Source: a virus
Lineage: Duplodnaviria; Heunggongvirae; Uroviricota; Caudoviricetes
Length of the DNA stretch: 64,000 nt
IMG/VR virus record: IMGVR_UViG_2531839524_000004
Strand: one strand, 5' to 3'
Below are positions 17,996 through 27,953 of this stretch, piece after piece (position 1 is the first letter of the stretch; every line of letters begins with the position of its first letter). Made by a program: the position numbers and the translations under genes. The notes beneath the pieces were generated by a model. It was not told the DNA's origin and made no database searches. It saw only the letters and a list, made by a program, of their open reading frames with translations.

Positions 17996-20104
17996 ATGTC
18001 TAAAAAACGTTCCATCAAAGAGGTTCAGGACTTCCGTGACAGTGTAAAACGAGTAGTCGCTCTCCTTTCAGGTAAAAACATCCCTGTTGCAGAACGAGGG
18101 GACGACGCTTATGTACGCTATAACGATGATGGAGAGCCAATTCTCGTAAACATCCCATCAATCCCGGATAACGCAACACCGGCATTGATGAATGCTGTGC
18201 GCGGATTTCTCGATCATGAGGTTGCTCACATTTTGTTTACCGATATTCGTGTGTCCAACAAAATGAGAGAAAAAGGACGCGTTCCTTCCTGGTCGCTATG
18301 GAATGCCTTAGAAGACGTGTTCATCGAGCGAAAAATGGGTCAGGTCTTTAACGGAACAAGACGTAATCTGATGGCAACTCAGCGCCTTATAATCGAAAAA
18401 GTCTTTAAACCAAAGGCTTCAGAGGCTATTGCTTATTGTGGCAAAGATCAGCGCGCGCTTTTTCTAAACTTCTTTCTCTGTCCGGTTGTAAGAGCCTGGG
18501 ATGGCCAAGCACCGTTCGTAGATTTCATGGATGAATATTGGCCTGTCATTGAGAAACCAATTTCATTATTAAAAGAACATGGTATCGATGTGGCCGTGCG
18601 TAACATGTCTTGCACCGAGGATTGTGTAAAGGTGGCTGCGACCATAGCTAAGATCCTCAAAGACACTGAAAGTGAAAGCAAAGGTAAGGAGTCAGCTCCG
18701 GGAAAAACTTCCGATCCTTCAGACGCTGACCAGACGGATGCCTCTGGAGAAAACAATGAAGACAACGAAGATCATGAGACACTCTCAGTGTTAGATAATC
18801 ACAAATCTATCAAATCAGAATCACATAGTAAGTACAAACATGATAATAACGACAGTGATGATTCAGATAATTCTGAATCATCAGAAACAATATTCGATGA
18901 TACAGAAAATGATAAAGAGGTATCAGATTCTGATGCTTCTGATAACGCGGCGTCAGAATCATTAACCGCTGACCACGAAAAAAGAAAAACGACAGAAGAC
19001 GGCTCTTCAGATATCCCAACTCCGTCAAAAATGAGTCTGGAAGAGGCTTTAGAGGAGCTGGATAGCATAGAAGATGAAGTCGGAGGCATGACAGAAGATG
19101 CTCTATCCGAAACGATTAAAAGCGAGTTAACAGAAAGCTCGAAAAGCGAATACAGGCCATACAATCGCTCATACGACTTCATCGGCTCGATTGATCAGGC
19201 AGAAGCCCATATCAAACGGCTTATTAAAACATTCTCCGATATTGATTTAGGTGGATATCCAATCAGCCGTTATCGCATCGTTCCTGAAGGCAACCAACTC
19301 TTCGACAAATATATTGAAAAGCACCTTTCGTCAGGTGTTTCGTCGACGCTGGCAAAAGACCTGGAACGTGCAATAGCAAGCAGAAACAGAGTTCAGTTTA
19401 TACCTGGCCAGCGTCGGGGGCGCATTCATGGTTCAAGTATCTACAGATTAACAATGAATGATGATCGCGTGTTTCGTAAAAAAGAAGAATCTAAAGCCGT
19501 TAACGCCTGTGTTCAACAAGTGATTGATTTATCAGGTTCAATGAGTGGTATAACGATACAATTGGCTCTTGCAAGTGCATATACCATCGCCGATGCCCTT
19601 GATCGAATAAATGTTCCCAACATTATCACCGGCTTCACTACATTTGGTAGTCATATGGCGGCAGGAGAACTTAAGGCTGTCAAGTATGAGTTCTCTCGCT
19701 TTGAATCTTTAATGCTACCTATCATCAAAAATTGGAATGAAAAGGTAAATTCTCGCGAAGTTCGCTCACGTATGGGGTGCGTAGGCTACACATTCCCACT
19801 TCTTAATAACGTGGATGGTGAAAGCATAGCCAGCCTTGCATCGTTATTTTCCGGTCGCATGGAGGACAGGAAGATCATGCTTGTTCTGAGTGATGGCGCG
19901 CCGTGGGCTGTTGGGAGAGGTTTTGACGCTCATTTGCGTTCAGTTGCGAAGCAAATTGAAACGCAGACTGATATTGATTTGATGGCAATTGGCATCATGA
20001 CTGACGCACCGGAGAGATTTTACGCAAATCATGCCCTGGTAACGAGCGTTGATAGTCTTGGTGCATCTGTAGTTACTGAACTATCTCGTATCATTTTGAA
20101 GTGA
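17996..20104 (+). CDS. VWA-domain protein (CobT-like) with acidic Ser/Asp-rich insert
   Basis: MIDAS motif in VIDLSGSMSG; long low-complexity acidic segment (residues about 230-330). Confidence 0.7.
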   Translation: MSKKRSIKEVQDFRDSVKRVVALLSGKNIPVAERGDDAYVRYNDDGEPILVNIPSIPDNATPALMNAVRGFLDHEVAHILFTDIRVSNKMREKGRVPSWSLWNALEDVFIERKMGQVFNGTRRNLMATQRLIIEKVFKPKASEAIAYCGKDQRALFLNFFLCPVVRAWDGQAPFVDFMDEYWPVIEKPISLLKEHGIDVAVRNMSCTEDCVKVAATIAKILKDTESESKGKESAPGKTSDPSDADQTDASGENNEDNEDHETLSVLDNHKSIKSESHSKYKHDNNDSDDSDNSESSETIFDDTENDKEVSDSDASDNAASESLTADHEKRKTTEDGSSDIPTPSKMSLEEALEELDSIEDEVGGMTEDALSETIKSELTESSKSEYRPYNRSYDFIGSIDQAEAHIKRLIKTFSDIDLGGYPISRYRIVPEGNQLFDKYIEKHLSSGVSSTLAKDLERAIASRNRVQFIPGQRRGRIHGSSIYRLTMNDDRVFRKKEESKAVNACVQQVIDLSGSMSGITIQLALASAYTIADALDRINVPNIITGFTTFGSHMAAGELKAVKYEFSRFESLMLPIIKNWNEKVNSREVRSRMGCVGYTFPLLNNVDGESIASLASLFSGRMEDRKIMLVLSDGAPWAVGRGFDAHLRSVAKQIETQTDIDLMAIGIMTDAPERFYANHALVTSVDSLGASVVTELSRIILK

Positions 20105-20199
20105 TTAAAACAGCCTTAATGATAAGTAACTACTTATCATAGTTAATGGTATATTTATATAAGAAATTAAACGCTCATTAGAGAACAAAGGAAAAGCGC

Positions 20200-21435
20200 A
20201 TGACTACGACTGCACTGCAAAATGATAAAAATCCTTCTGATTACCTTGTTTGCAAGTGGTGCGGCAAATCATTTCATTATTTTAAGTCCCATGTAGCCAA
20301 TGGTAATTGCGAGGGCATTCCTGAGTCAGTAAAAGATGCCGATCCTGACACTGTACTGAAAATGTACACAACGCAGTTTCCAGACGAGCCGACGCTATCA
20401 AAAAAGGCACTTGATGCAATTCAAGCCAAACGTGCCGAGCAAAAAAGCGAAATAGCCAAATCTTCTGGCGTAACCAGTAACCCAGGCTACACAGGCACAG
20501 TTGAGTACAAGACAGATCTGGTCGCAGCTCACGAACTGCTAGGTGTAACGGTGAAAGAACTCGGGACAAAACGTGGGGCGCCGCTCATGGTTAGCGTCAA
20601 CGTCAATACGCCGTTTCCAGAGTTCGTTCCAGAAGTGAAGCAGGGCTACGTATATGGCGACTTTGAACTGATCAAAGACATTTTCATGATGCTTGAACTT
20701 GGCATACCAGGCTATTTGTGGGGTCATGCGGGAACAGGCAAATCATCATTACCTACACAGCTATGTGCTTTGCTCAATCGTCCGTTAATCCGTGCCCAAC
20801 ATACAGCATCAATGGAAGAGGCTCATGTTACTGGTCAAATTCTGGCGCGTGATGGCTCTACGTATTTCGAACCTGGCTTACTTGCGCTTGCCATGAAGCA
20901 TGGCTGGGTTTACCTCGCGGATGAATACGACTTTGCGTTTCCACAAATTCTTGGCGTGTACCAGCCAGTGCTGGAAGGTGAGGCGTTGGTTATCAAAGAG
21001 GCGACTCCAGAATGGCGTCGCATTACTCCGCATGAACGATTTGCTTTCATTGGTACTGGCAACACAAACGGTTCTGGTGATGAAACCGGCTTGTACCAGG
21101 GTACAAATATCCAGAACGCCGCAAACTTTTCGCGTTTTGGCATCGTTTCGAACGTGAAATACATGAGCAAAGAGGCAGAGATCAACATGTTGATAAATGC
21201 CGGCATCGTGGATGAATACGCTGAGAAGATGGTTAAGTTTGCCGGTATCGTTCGCGATGGATACGAAGAACACAATATCAGCCAACCAATTGGGCCTCGT
21301 GAGCTTTTGTTGTCGGCCAAGATTGGAATGATGCGAGGCGACTTTGTGACAGGCATTGAGCGTTCTTTCATTAACAAACTCCCTTCAGCTTCTGCGCAAG
21401 CGGCTCGTGAAATTGTTCAGAAAATATTTGGTTAA
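20200..21435 (+). CDS. AAA+ ATPase (CobS/MoxR-like), partner of VWA protein
   Basis: Walker A GHAGTGKSS, Walker B VYLADEYD; N-terminal Cys-rich segment; adjacent to VWA gene. Confidence 0.75.
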   Translation: MTTTALQNDKNPSDYLVCKWCGKSFHYFKSHVANGNCEGIPESVKDADPDTVLKMYTTQFPDEPTLSKKALDAIQAKRAEQKSEIAKSSGVTSNPGYTGTVEYKTDLVAAHELLGVTVKELGTKRGAPLMVSVNVNTPFPEFVPEVKQGYVYGDFELIKDIFMMLELGIPGYLWGHAGTGKSSLPTQLCALLNRPLIRAQHTASMEEAHVTGQILARDGSTYFEPGLLALAMKHGWVYLADEYDFAFPQILGVYQPVLEGEALVIKEATPEWRRITPHERFAFIGTGNTNGSGDETGLYQGTNIQNAANFSRFGIVSNVKYMSKEAEINMLINAGIVDEYAEKMVKFAGIVRDGYEEHNISQPIGPRELLLSAKIGMMRGDFVTGIERSFINKLPSASAQAAREIVQKIFG

Positions 21436-21615
21436 TCGTGCGTAAAGGATGTTTCGGCTCTCTTATCGCTGCTTCTGAAACTGGTAAGGCTTGTCTGGTA
21501 TGTCCAGACAAGCCCGATTGTCACCAATCAGCAAAAGAAGTTGCGATTTCGATGTATGGGAAGTTCGTAGGCTTCCCCAATGACAAAATCAAAAAAACCA
21601 GAAAGGTAAAAACAC

Positions 21616-24600
21616 ATGAAGGCTCTAATGGTTCGAACTGACTTCTCTCTTGGGGAGTCGGCTCTAAAAGCAGAAAACGCGGGGAAGATTGCCAGAGAAG
21701 CTGGCTACACCGCTGTAATTTCGGCAGATAGCATGAATATTGCGAGTGTTATTCCACTACAACGTGCCGCTGGTGACGACATGGCGGTTATTTGTGGTGT
21801 GAAACTAAACATCGTTGATGATCCCACATACGAGCACCGGGCTAAACTTGCTAAAGAGTCTATGAGATGTATGGAATCATTAGAGCGTGGGCGGAACTAC
21901 TCGTTTACCGCTCTAATTAAAAATGAGCAAGGATATCGCGACATCTGCGAACTAATGACGGTGGCCAACACACGAGAACAATTCTACTTTGTACCGCGTC
22001 TCTCGCTCGATCAGCTGGTTTCTACATATGCCAAAGGCAACATCATCCTGCTTACTTCCGACATCGGTAGCGTGTTCCAACGCAACGATTTTGCAAAAAT
22101 CATAAGCTCACTGATTACAGCGGGTGGAAAAGACAACTTCTATAGCGTGGTTTATCCGCACCCTACCCCATTCTACGACCAGATTAACGTCCGAGCGATG
22201 AAAGTAGCTAGCGCACTGAAAATAGAGCCAGTGGCGTTCTATCCCGCTTATTACGAATCGATCGACGATGCAGACATTAAAGACATTGCGCACATGGTTA
22301 CGAACAACATCAAAATAGCCCAGCCGCATCGTCTGCGTATCCCCCACCAGCGAGATAACGCCGTCAATGGTCGCCGCCATCTCCTTGAGGCGCTTAAAGC
22401 CTTCTCCGTTCGCATGGATGTGCCGGTAACAGCTGCAATGGCCTCAACAACGCAGGACACCATTATCGAAGCCTGCACATGGCGCTGGCATGAATTGCCA
22501 CCAGCACTTCCTAAGATGGCAGACGACGAACCTGCAACACTGATGAAACTTGCTGTTGCAGGGCTGCGTAAGCGTCTTACCACAAAAGAGTTTGGCTATA
22601 TACCACCGGCTTCTGAGAACAGGGTTTATGTTGAACGACTTAAGTACGAAATGGACACGCTGACTCGCCTGGGATTCTGTGGTTACTTCCTGATGGTGCG
22701 CGATCTGATGAATCATAGTCGTGAAACTGGCATTCCCGTTGGGCCTGGTCGTGGTTCCTCTGCCGGTTCTCTGGTGGCGTGGTGCATAGGCATAACCAAC
22801 GTCGACCCAATCCGTCACGGTCTTCTGTTTGAACGTTTCATCAACCCTGAGCGTCTCGACTTGCCGGATGCGGATTTGGACTTCAGCCAGGCACGTCGCC
22901 ATGAGGTGATCGAGTATCTGAATGAACGCTACGGCGAAGATTACGTTGCAGGCATTCCGAACTTCACCTACCTGGGCGCCGCCTCTGCACTACGTGACAC
23001 TGCTCGTATTTATGGTGTGGAGTCCGCAGATATGGCGGTATCAAAAGAGCTGAAGAACGTCGAGGATGATAGCCTTCCATTGGAGGAGCTGCGCGAACAA
23101 CTGGCAAGTCTCGACAAATACGCGACAAAATACCCTGATGCATTCAATGCAGCCTGCAAGTTACAAAGCCTTATGCGTGGCTTTGGTAGGCATGCGGCTG
23201 GGATGATCGTAGCAGGTGTTCCTCTGACTGAACGTACACCGGTTGAACGTCGTGGTGACGCGCGTTGTATCGCATTTGACAAGCGTTACTGCGAGGCTAT
23301 GGGCCTAATTAAGCTGGACGTACTTGGCCTAGCAACTCTCGATTTGCTCGATAGTGCAAAACGCTATATCAAAGAGAACACGGGTGAAGATATCAACCTT
23401 GATGCCATTTCTCTTGAAGATCGCAAGGTGCTGGATGGTTTTGCTGCTGGGTACACTCAAGGTGTTTTCCAGCTTGAATCAGGCCCAATGCGCAAGCTGC
23501 TTAAGGACTTAGGTAGTGGCATTGAGCCAATGAGCTTTAAAACGGTCGTTGCTACGACTGCGCTCTTCCGACCGGGGCCAATTCAGTCAGGCATGTTGGA
23601 TGACTATGTTTCTGTCGCCAAAGGTTTTATGACGCCAGAGTCACTACACCCCGTTCTTGATGAGCTTACCGCAGAAACCAACGGTGTGATTCTCTATCAG
23701 GAGCAGACGATGAACGCGACCCGATTGCTTGCCGGCTTCACAATGGCTGAAGCTGACGGCGTTCGTAAAGCGATCGGCAAAAAAGATATGGAAAAAATGA
23801 AGAGCATGGGCGAGAAGTTCATCGTTCAGGCTCAAGCTGGCTGGATAGACGTTGAGCTGGAAGATGGCACTACACAGCGCATTCACCGTGCGGAACATTT
23901 TAAATGCGAAGACGGAACTCTGAAAACTGTCGAAGAGGCACTTGAGCACGGCGCAAAACTACCTATAAACGCAGTACGCGTGACAGCGTCACACCCAGGG
24001 CTATCAGAGATGAAAGCGAAGGAGATCTGGACCGCATTCGAAAAAAATGGTGCCTACCAGTTCAACAAATCACACTCTGTTGCTTACTCCTTAATCAGTT
24101 ATCAATCTATGTGGTTGAAAACTCATTATCCCGCAGAGTTTTTCGCTGCTGCTCTTACTATTCTTGGTGAAGATAAACACCAGGGGCTGGTTAAAGATGC
24201 GCTGACCTATGGCATTCGCGTATTGCCACCAGACGTTAATGTGTCATCTAACCGAATAGAGATCCGCACGCTTGAAGATGGCAGCCAGGTGCTGTTCGCG
24301 CCTTTCTCTGCTGTGAAGGGGTGTTCAGAGAATGGCTGCCAAGCCATCATGAGAGCGCGTGAAAAAGTTGGAGGTAAATTCGAGTCACTGGCGCAATTCG
24401 AAGAAGCTGTCGAGAAACGTGCCTGTAATAGTCGAGTACGCGAATCACTGCAAAAAGTAGGGGCGTTTGCATCCATTGAGCCTGGTAGTCTGCCAGCAAC
24501 TGATCCAGAGCGTCTCCGCGACCAAGCAGAATTGATGGGAAACCTTGTCATAGACGCAGTTAAAGCCTCACGTCCGTTTGAAATGAACCCCAAACGATCG

Positions 24601-25134
24601 GCTGAAATTAACGTGCTCATGACACGGATGGCGGCTGAAATGGGTTTAGGTGATGAACTAATCCGCCCCAGCATTGGTATTAAGCCGAAAATCATGATCA
24701 TTCTGGACAATGCGAACGGCAATGATGCTCGAACCGGTTACTTTATGGAGAACGGATACGACGATTTTAAGGCCAAGTTGCTGACGGCCGGAGATTTGCG
24801 TATGGGCGATCTCTATGTCACAGGCGTTTGCAAGAAGGTTAAAGACAAAGAAAAAGACTACACCAAAGACGAGATCGGCCAGTTCACCGACTTTATGCGT
24901 GAAGAGATCAATCTGGTGCGTCCGACCTATGTTCTGACGTGTGGTAGTCGGGCGACGTCGCTCTTCAACAACAAGAGCAAACCATCCGACCTGGTTGGAC
25001 GCAAAGAGTATCTGCCAGAGCTGGATGTGACCGTTTTCTACGGCTTTAACCCGAATATTTTGTACTTTCGTCCAGAGGAAGGCGAGAAGCTGGAAGCAAT
25101 TCTGGCAGAGGTAGCGGAGACTATTAGCAAATGA
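21616..25134 (+). CDS. DNA polymerase III alpha-like (DnaE-family C-type polymerase)
   Basis: 1172 aa; strong match to DnaE catalytic core, e.g. GPGRGSSAGSLVAWCIGIT..DP and FERFINPERLDLPDADLDF. Confidence 0.9.
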   Translation: MKALMVRTDFSLGESALKAENAGKIAREAGYTAVISADSMNIASVIPLQRAAGDDMAVICGVKLNIVDDPTYEHRAKLAKESMRCMESLERGRNYSFTALIKNEQGYRDICELMTVANTREQFYFVPRLSLDQLVSTYAKGNIILLTSDIGSVFQRNDFAKIISSLITAGGKDNFYSVVYPHPTPFYDQINVRAMKVASALKIEPVAFYPAYYESIDDADIKDIAHMVTNNIKIAQPHRLRIPHQRDNAVNGRRHLLEALKAFSVRMDVPVTAAMASTTQDTIIEACTWRWHELPPALPKMADDEPATLMKLAVAGLRKRLTTKEFGYIPPASENRVYVERLKYEMDTLTRLGFCGYFLMVRDLMNHSRETGIPVGPGRGSSAGSLVAWCIGITNVDPIRHGLLFERFINPERLDLPDADLDFSQARRHEVIEYLNERYGEDYVAGIPNFTYLGAASALRDTARIYGVESADMAVSKELKNVEDDSLPLEELREQLASLDKYATKYPDAFNAACKLQSLMRGFGRHAAGMIVAGVPLTERTPVERRGDARCIAFDKRYCEAMGLIKLDVLGLATLDLLDSAKRYIKENTGEDINLDAISLEDRKVLDGFAAGYTQGVFQLESGPMRKLLKDLGSGIEPMSFKTVVATTALFRPGPIQSGMLDDYVSVAKGFMTPESLHPVLDELTAETNGVILYQEQTMNATRLLAGFTMAEADGVRKAIGKKDMEKMKSMGEKFIVQAQAGWIDVELEDGTTQRIHRAEHFKCEDGTLKTVEEALEHGAKLPINAVRVTASHPGLSEMKAKEIWTAFEKNGAYQFNKSHSVAYSLISYQSMWLKTHYPAEFFAAALTILGEDKHQGLVKDALTYGIRVLPPDVNVSSNRIEIRTLEDGSQVLFAPFSAVKGCSENGCQAIMRAREKVGGKFESLAQFEEAVEKRACNSRVRESLQKVGAFASIEPGSLPATDPERLRDQAELMGNLVIDAVKASRPFEMNPKRSAEINVLMTRMAAEMGLGDELIRPSIGIKPKIMIILDNANGNDARTGYFMENGYDDFKAKLLTAGDLRMGDLYVTGVCKKVKDKEKDYTKDEIGQFTDFMREEINLVRPTYVLTCGSRATSLFNNKSKPSDLVGRKEYLPELDVTVFYGFNPNILYFRPEEGEKLEAILAEVAETISK

Positions 25135-25312
25135 ACAAAGAGAACACCATAAAGGTGGTCAAAGAATTTATGGAAGTGAACAGATTGGCGATGTGAGACA
25201 GTATCGGCTGAAGCGTCAAACCAGAGTAACGCGATCCAACATTTTTAGTAAGAAAGTCGCTTAATTGTAAGGCTCGCTAAGTAGCGAGCCTTAATAGCAA
25301 CAATAAGAGGAC

Positions 25313-26161
25313 TCAATATTTAACAAATATTTCATTAAGCCTAGGGTTAACTTGGTCATATTTATCTATGTCGTCTTTTAAAACTGAATGACATTTGACA
25401 CCAATTTCAAATGCTATCAATATCGAATTTATATATTGATTATAGCATTCAATCAAAGATTTAATATCAGATGATAGTTGTATCAACCGTGGATTGACTC
25501 TAAGAGCACTAATAACCTTATCATACTTGTTAAGCAACCCATTCAATTCATTAGCAAAATTATATGGATAACCATTTTGGTATGTATTTTCATCATCAGC
25601 AGGACCTAAATAATCACCAATGCACTTAAGTTTATTCTTAATGAATACAGCATCTTCAGTGGCATCTATATCATTTTTCGTTAAGAAAAGTTCTATCCAC
25701 TTGTTCTTGTCCGACTCTTTCAAAAGGTTATTTTCTTTATCAAAAGTAATACAATAGCTATCACTTTTTTTCTCGTTGGAAATACTAATCATTTCCGCCA
25801 ACTCGTCTTTACCTAAATGTTTCCAAAATATTACAGGGAGACCGTTGTCGTTTAGAAAAACGCGAACAATGACAATCGGATCATTAATACTTTGCCAATA
25901 AATTAAATTTTTAATAGGTACAGAAACTCTTAGTGAATCATCGATTTTTTTACTTGTTGTTTTAACTTGAACTCCAATAAACATACCTGTTGAATGACAG
26001 TTGTCATCATAAATCTCAACCTGAGCATCCAACCCCATGTCAATATCAAGAATTCGGCAAGGCCATACAAATTTATTTGAAATCCAATATGCGAAATAAA
26101 ACTCACCAGCATTTCCGTTAGCAACTCTTTCGATATATCTCATGCCCTGATCGTTTGCCAC
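25313..26161 (-). CDS. hypothetical protein with PD-(D/E)xK-like N-terminal motif (recalled DUF4365-like pattern); AT-rich accessory gene
   Basis: 282 aa; LDIDMGLDAQVEIY ... IGVQVKTT arrangement; isolated minus-strand AT-rich gene convergent with polymerase. Confidence 0.55.
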   Translation of the reverse strand: MANDQGMRYIERVANGNAGEFYFAYWISNKFVWPCRILDIDMGLDAQVEIYDDNCHSTGMFIGVQVKTTSKKIDDSLRVSVPIKNLIYWQSINDPIVIVRVFLNDNGLPVIFWKHLGKDELAEMISISNEKKSDSYCITFDKENNLLKESDKNKWIELFLTKNDIDATEDAVFIKNKLKCIGDYLGPADDENTYQNGYPYNFANELNGLLNKYDKVISALRVNPRLIQLSSDIKSLIECYNQYINSILIAFEIGVKCHSVLKDDIDKYDQVNPRLNEIFVKY

Positions 26162-26315
26162 TTCCGTATCCCTTGTTAAGTTATCACTGGAGCACTTTAG
26201 AGAACACTTTGATAATTAACAAGTTGCAGCCTAGTGGACAGACAAAGGCTATTGTTTGATGTAACACCAGATAGTCATATAATTGATATATAGAAATAAG
26301 TAACAGGATACATTT

Positions 26316-26747
26316 ATGAACGCCGATATTTACGAGAAAATAATGTCTGATCTCGAGTTTGACCGAGACAATCTGGAAGACGTCTGGCGTAGACAACCTC
26401 GCCTGTTGATGGAGTATGGTTCAAAGCTCGCCCATGCAGAAAGAAGTGTCGCAGAGGCAAAACTTAACCTTGAAGCTGTTGAAGCAAAGCTATACGACAC
26501 AGAGCGTAAGAACTTGAGTATGAACGGCATTAAGTTCAACGAATCTGTACTAGACGCTAAGGTTAAAACAAACCCACAGTATCTATCTAAACGGCAGAAG
26601 TTGGATGAAGCACGGCACATCGCAGACATATACAAACATGCTGTCGCCGCCTTTTCGCATCGCCGAGACATGATCGTTCAGGCGTCGAAGATGGCCATTG
26701 TTGAATTAGAGCGATTAGGCTCTGAACGCTTTATCACTCCCCGTTGA
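26316..26747 (+). CDS. hypothetical protein
   Basis: 143 aa, predicted helical; directly upstream of SSB. Confidence 0.5.
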   Translation: MNADIYEKIMSDLEFDRDNLEDVWRRQPRLLMEYGSKLAHAERSVAEAKLNLEAVEAKLYDTERKNLSMNGIKFNESVLDAKVKTNPQYLSKRQKLDEARHIADIYKHAVAAFSHRRDMIVQASKMAIVELERLGSERFITPR

Positions 26748-26864
26748 TTTTTGATAGATAATAAGTAAGTACTGATCTATCATTTAGCAGCTCGAAAGAG
26801 TCACGAATGAACGAAAGCCCAACGCGCATAGCGCCATCGGCCAAATCACAACAAGGAGAAACAC

Positions 26865-27893
26865 ATGTCTAAGACATTACTTGATTTGCTTAACAAAACT
26901 CGTGAAGACATTGCCGCCAAACGTGGTAACAACGTTGATCTGACTCGCTTAAAAGACGGCGTCAACTATATCCGCATCTTCCCGAATAAAGACGACCCAA
27001 ACGGTAAGTTCTTCCAGACTTTCGGTATGCACTACGTTAAGTATCAGAACGAGGAAGGTAAAGAAGCAACCAACGCTTATATTTGTGAGCAACATACTCA
27101 CGGTCGCGCTTGTCAGCTATGCGAAATGGTGATGGAAGGTCGCGCTCGTCACAAGGGTAACAAAGCAATGGAAGAACGCATCGGTCAAATGCGTGCCACT
27201 CCTCGCTACCTGGTCAACGGCATTCTTTCTGCTCGTGAGGATTTCGCAGATGCTGAGAAATGCCAGTTAATCGAGCTGCCGTCTACTGTATTCGATGATA
27301 TCTGCAAAGCAATCACCGAAGACATCGCTGATGATATCGGCAATCCACTGAGCAAAGAGGAAGGCTACGCATTCCTGATTAAACGTACTGGCTCTGGTCG
27401 CGATACCAAATATGACGTCTCGCCTAAGCGTAAAGTCTACAAAGGCGATATCGAAGATAAATTCTGGAACACCCAGCATGATCTGATCGCATACGCAAAT
27501 CAGGCTGATGAAACTCGTCTTCTGTCGACAGTTCGCACTATGGGTCGTCTGATTGGCATCGCTGCACCAACTGCCGCAGCATCTGCACCAGCAATTTCCT
27601 CAACCGCGAAAACATCGGCTGCGGCACTACCTGGATTTGGCTCTGTCACTGGTCATACAGAAGGAGCGACGGCTGTAGCTACCGCTCATACCCCAGCTTC
27701 TGAACCAACCAGTCTGGTTGATGAAGAAATCCTCCGTGCCGTTGAAACTGAATTTAAACCAGAAGCAAGTTCCGCTGCCGTTGCCGTATCAGTCAAAGAG
27801 TCTGAAGCAGTCGCAGCGACATCTGTAGCAGCCGCATCTGCGACGGAAGATGAAGGTCTGGATGACCTACTGAGAGAGCTGGACTCTCTGTAA
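26865..27893 (+). CDS. single-stranded DNA-binding protein (gp32-like)
   Basis: Cys/His cluster CEQHTHGRACQLCE; Ala/Ser-rich linker and acidic C-terminal tail DEGLDDLLRELDSL. Confidence 0.6.
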   Translation: MSKTLLDLLNKTREDIAAKRGNNVDLTRLKDGVNYIRIFPNKDDPNGKFFQTFGMHYVKYQNEEGKEATNAYICEQHTHGRACQLCEMVMEGRARHKGNKAMEERIGQMRATPRYLVNGILSAREDFADAEKCQLIELPSTVFDDICKAITEDIADDIGNPLSKEEGYAFLIKRTGSGRDTKYDVSPKRKVYKGDIEDKFWNTQHDLIAYANQADETRLLSTVRTMGRLIGIAAPTAAASAPAISSTAKTSAAALPGFGSVTGHTEGATAVATAHTPASEPTSLVDEEILRAVETEFKPEASSAAVAVSVKESEAVAATSVAAASATEDEGLDDLLRELDSL

Positions 27894-27909
27894 TCCCATT
27901 ACGTGACCA

Positions 27910-27938
27910 GTAAGGCGTCTACGGACGCCTTACTTTTT
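27910..27938 (+). terminator. rho-independent terminator (GGCGTC/GACGCC stem family)
   Basis: GTAAGGCGTC-tacg-GACGCCTTAC followed by TTTTT. Confidence 0.7.
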
Positions 27939-27953
27939 GGAAGGAATGTACCG

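Noticed and set aside
18448-19182. Minus-strand ORFs (105 and 127 aa, Ser/Asp-rich) inside the VWA gene
   Set aside because: They are antisense shadows of the low-complexity acidic insert of the plus-strand gene; low-complexity translation, no start signals.
21438-21641. 67-aa Cys-rich ORF between the AAA+ gene and polymerase
   Set aside because: Overlaps the polymerase start region and its leader; no clear RBS; too weak to call.
22108-24722. Several minus-strand ORFs of 90-171 aa within the polymerase gene
   Set aside because: They lie antisense within a strongly supported coding sequence, have GC-driven open frames with biased Arg/Ser/Ala composition and no ribosome-binding sites.
21616-25134. 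Possible intein or fusion in the 1172-aa polymerase or the 771-aa nrdA
   Set aside because: Both lengths are normal for DnaE-type polymerase and class Ia NrdA; conserved blocks are contiguous with no large unexplained insert.
25270-25293. GC-rich hairpin AAGGCTCGCT-aagt-AGCGAGCCTT between convergent polymerase and AT-rich gene as a terminator
   Set aside because: Strong stem but no U-run on either strand; may be a factor-dependent or structural element, so not called as an intrinsic terminator.
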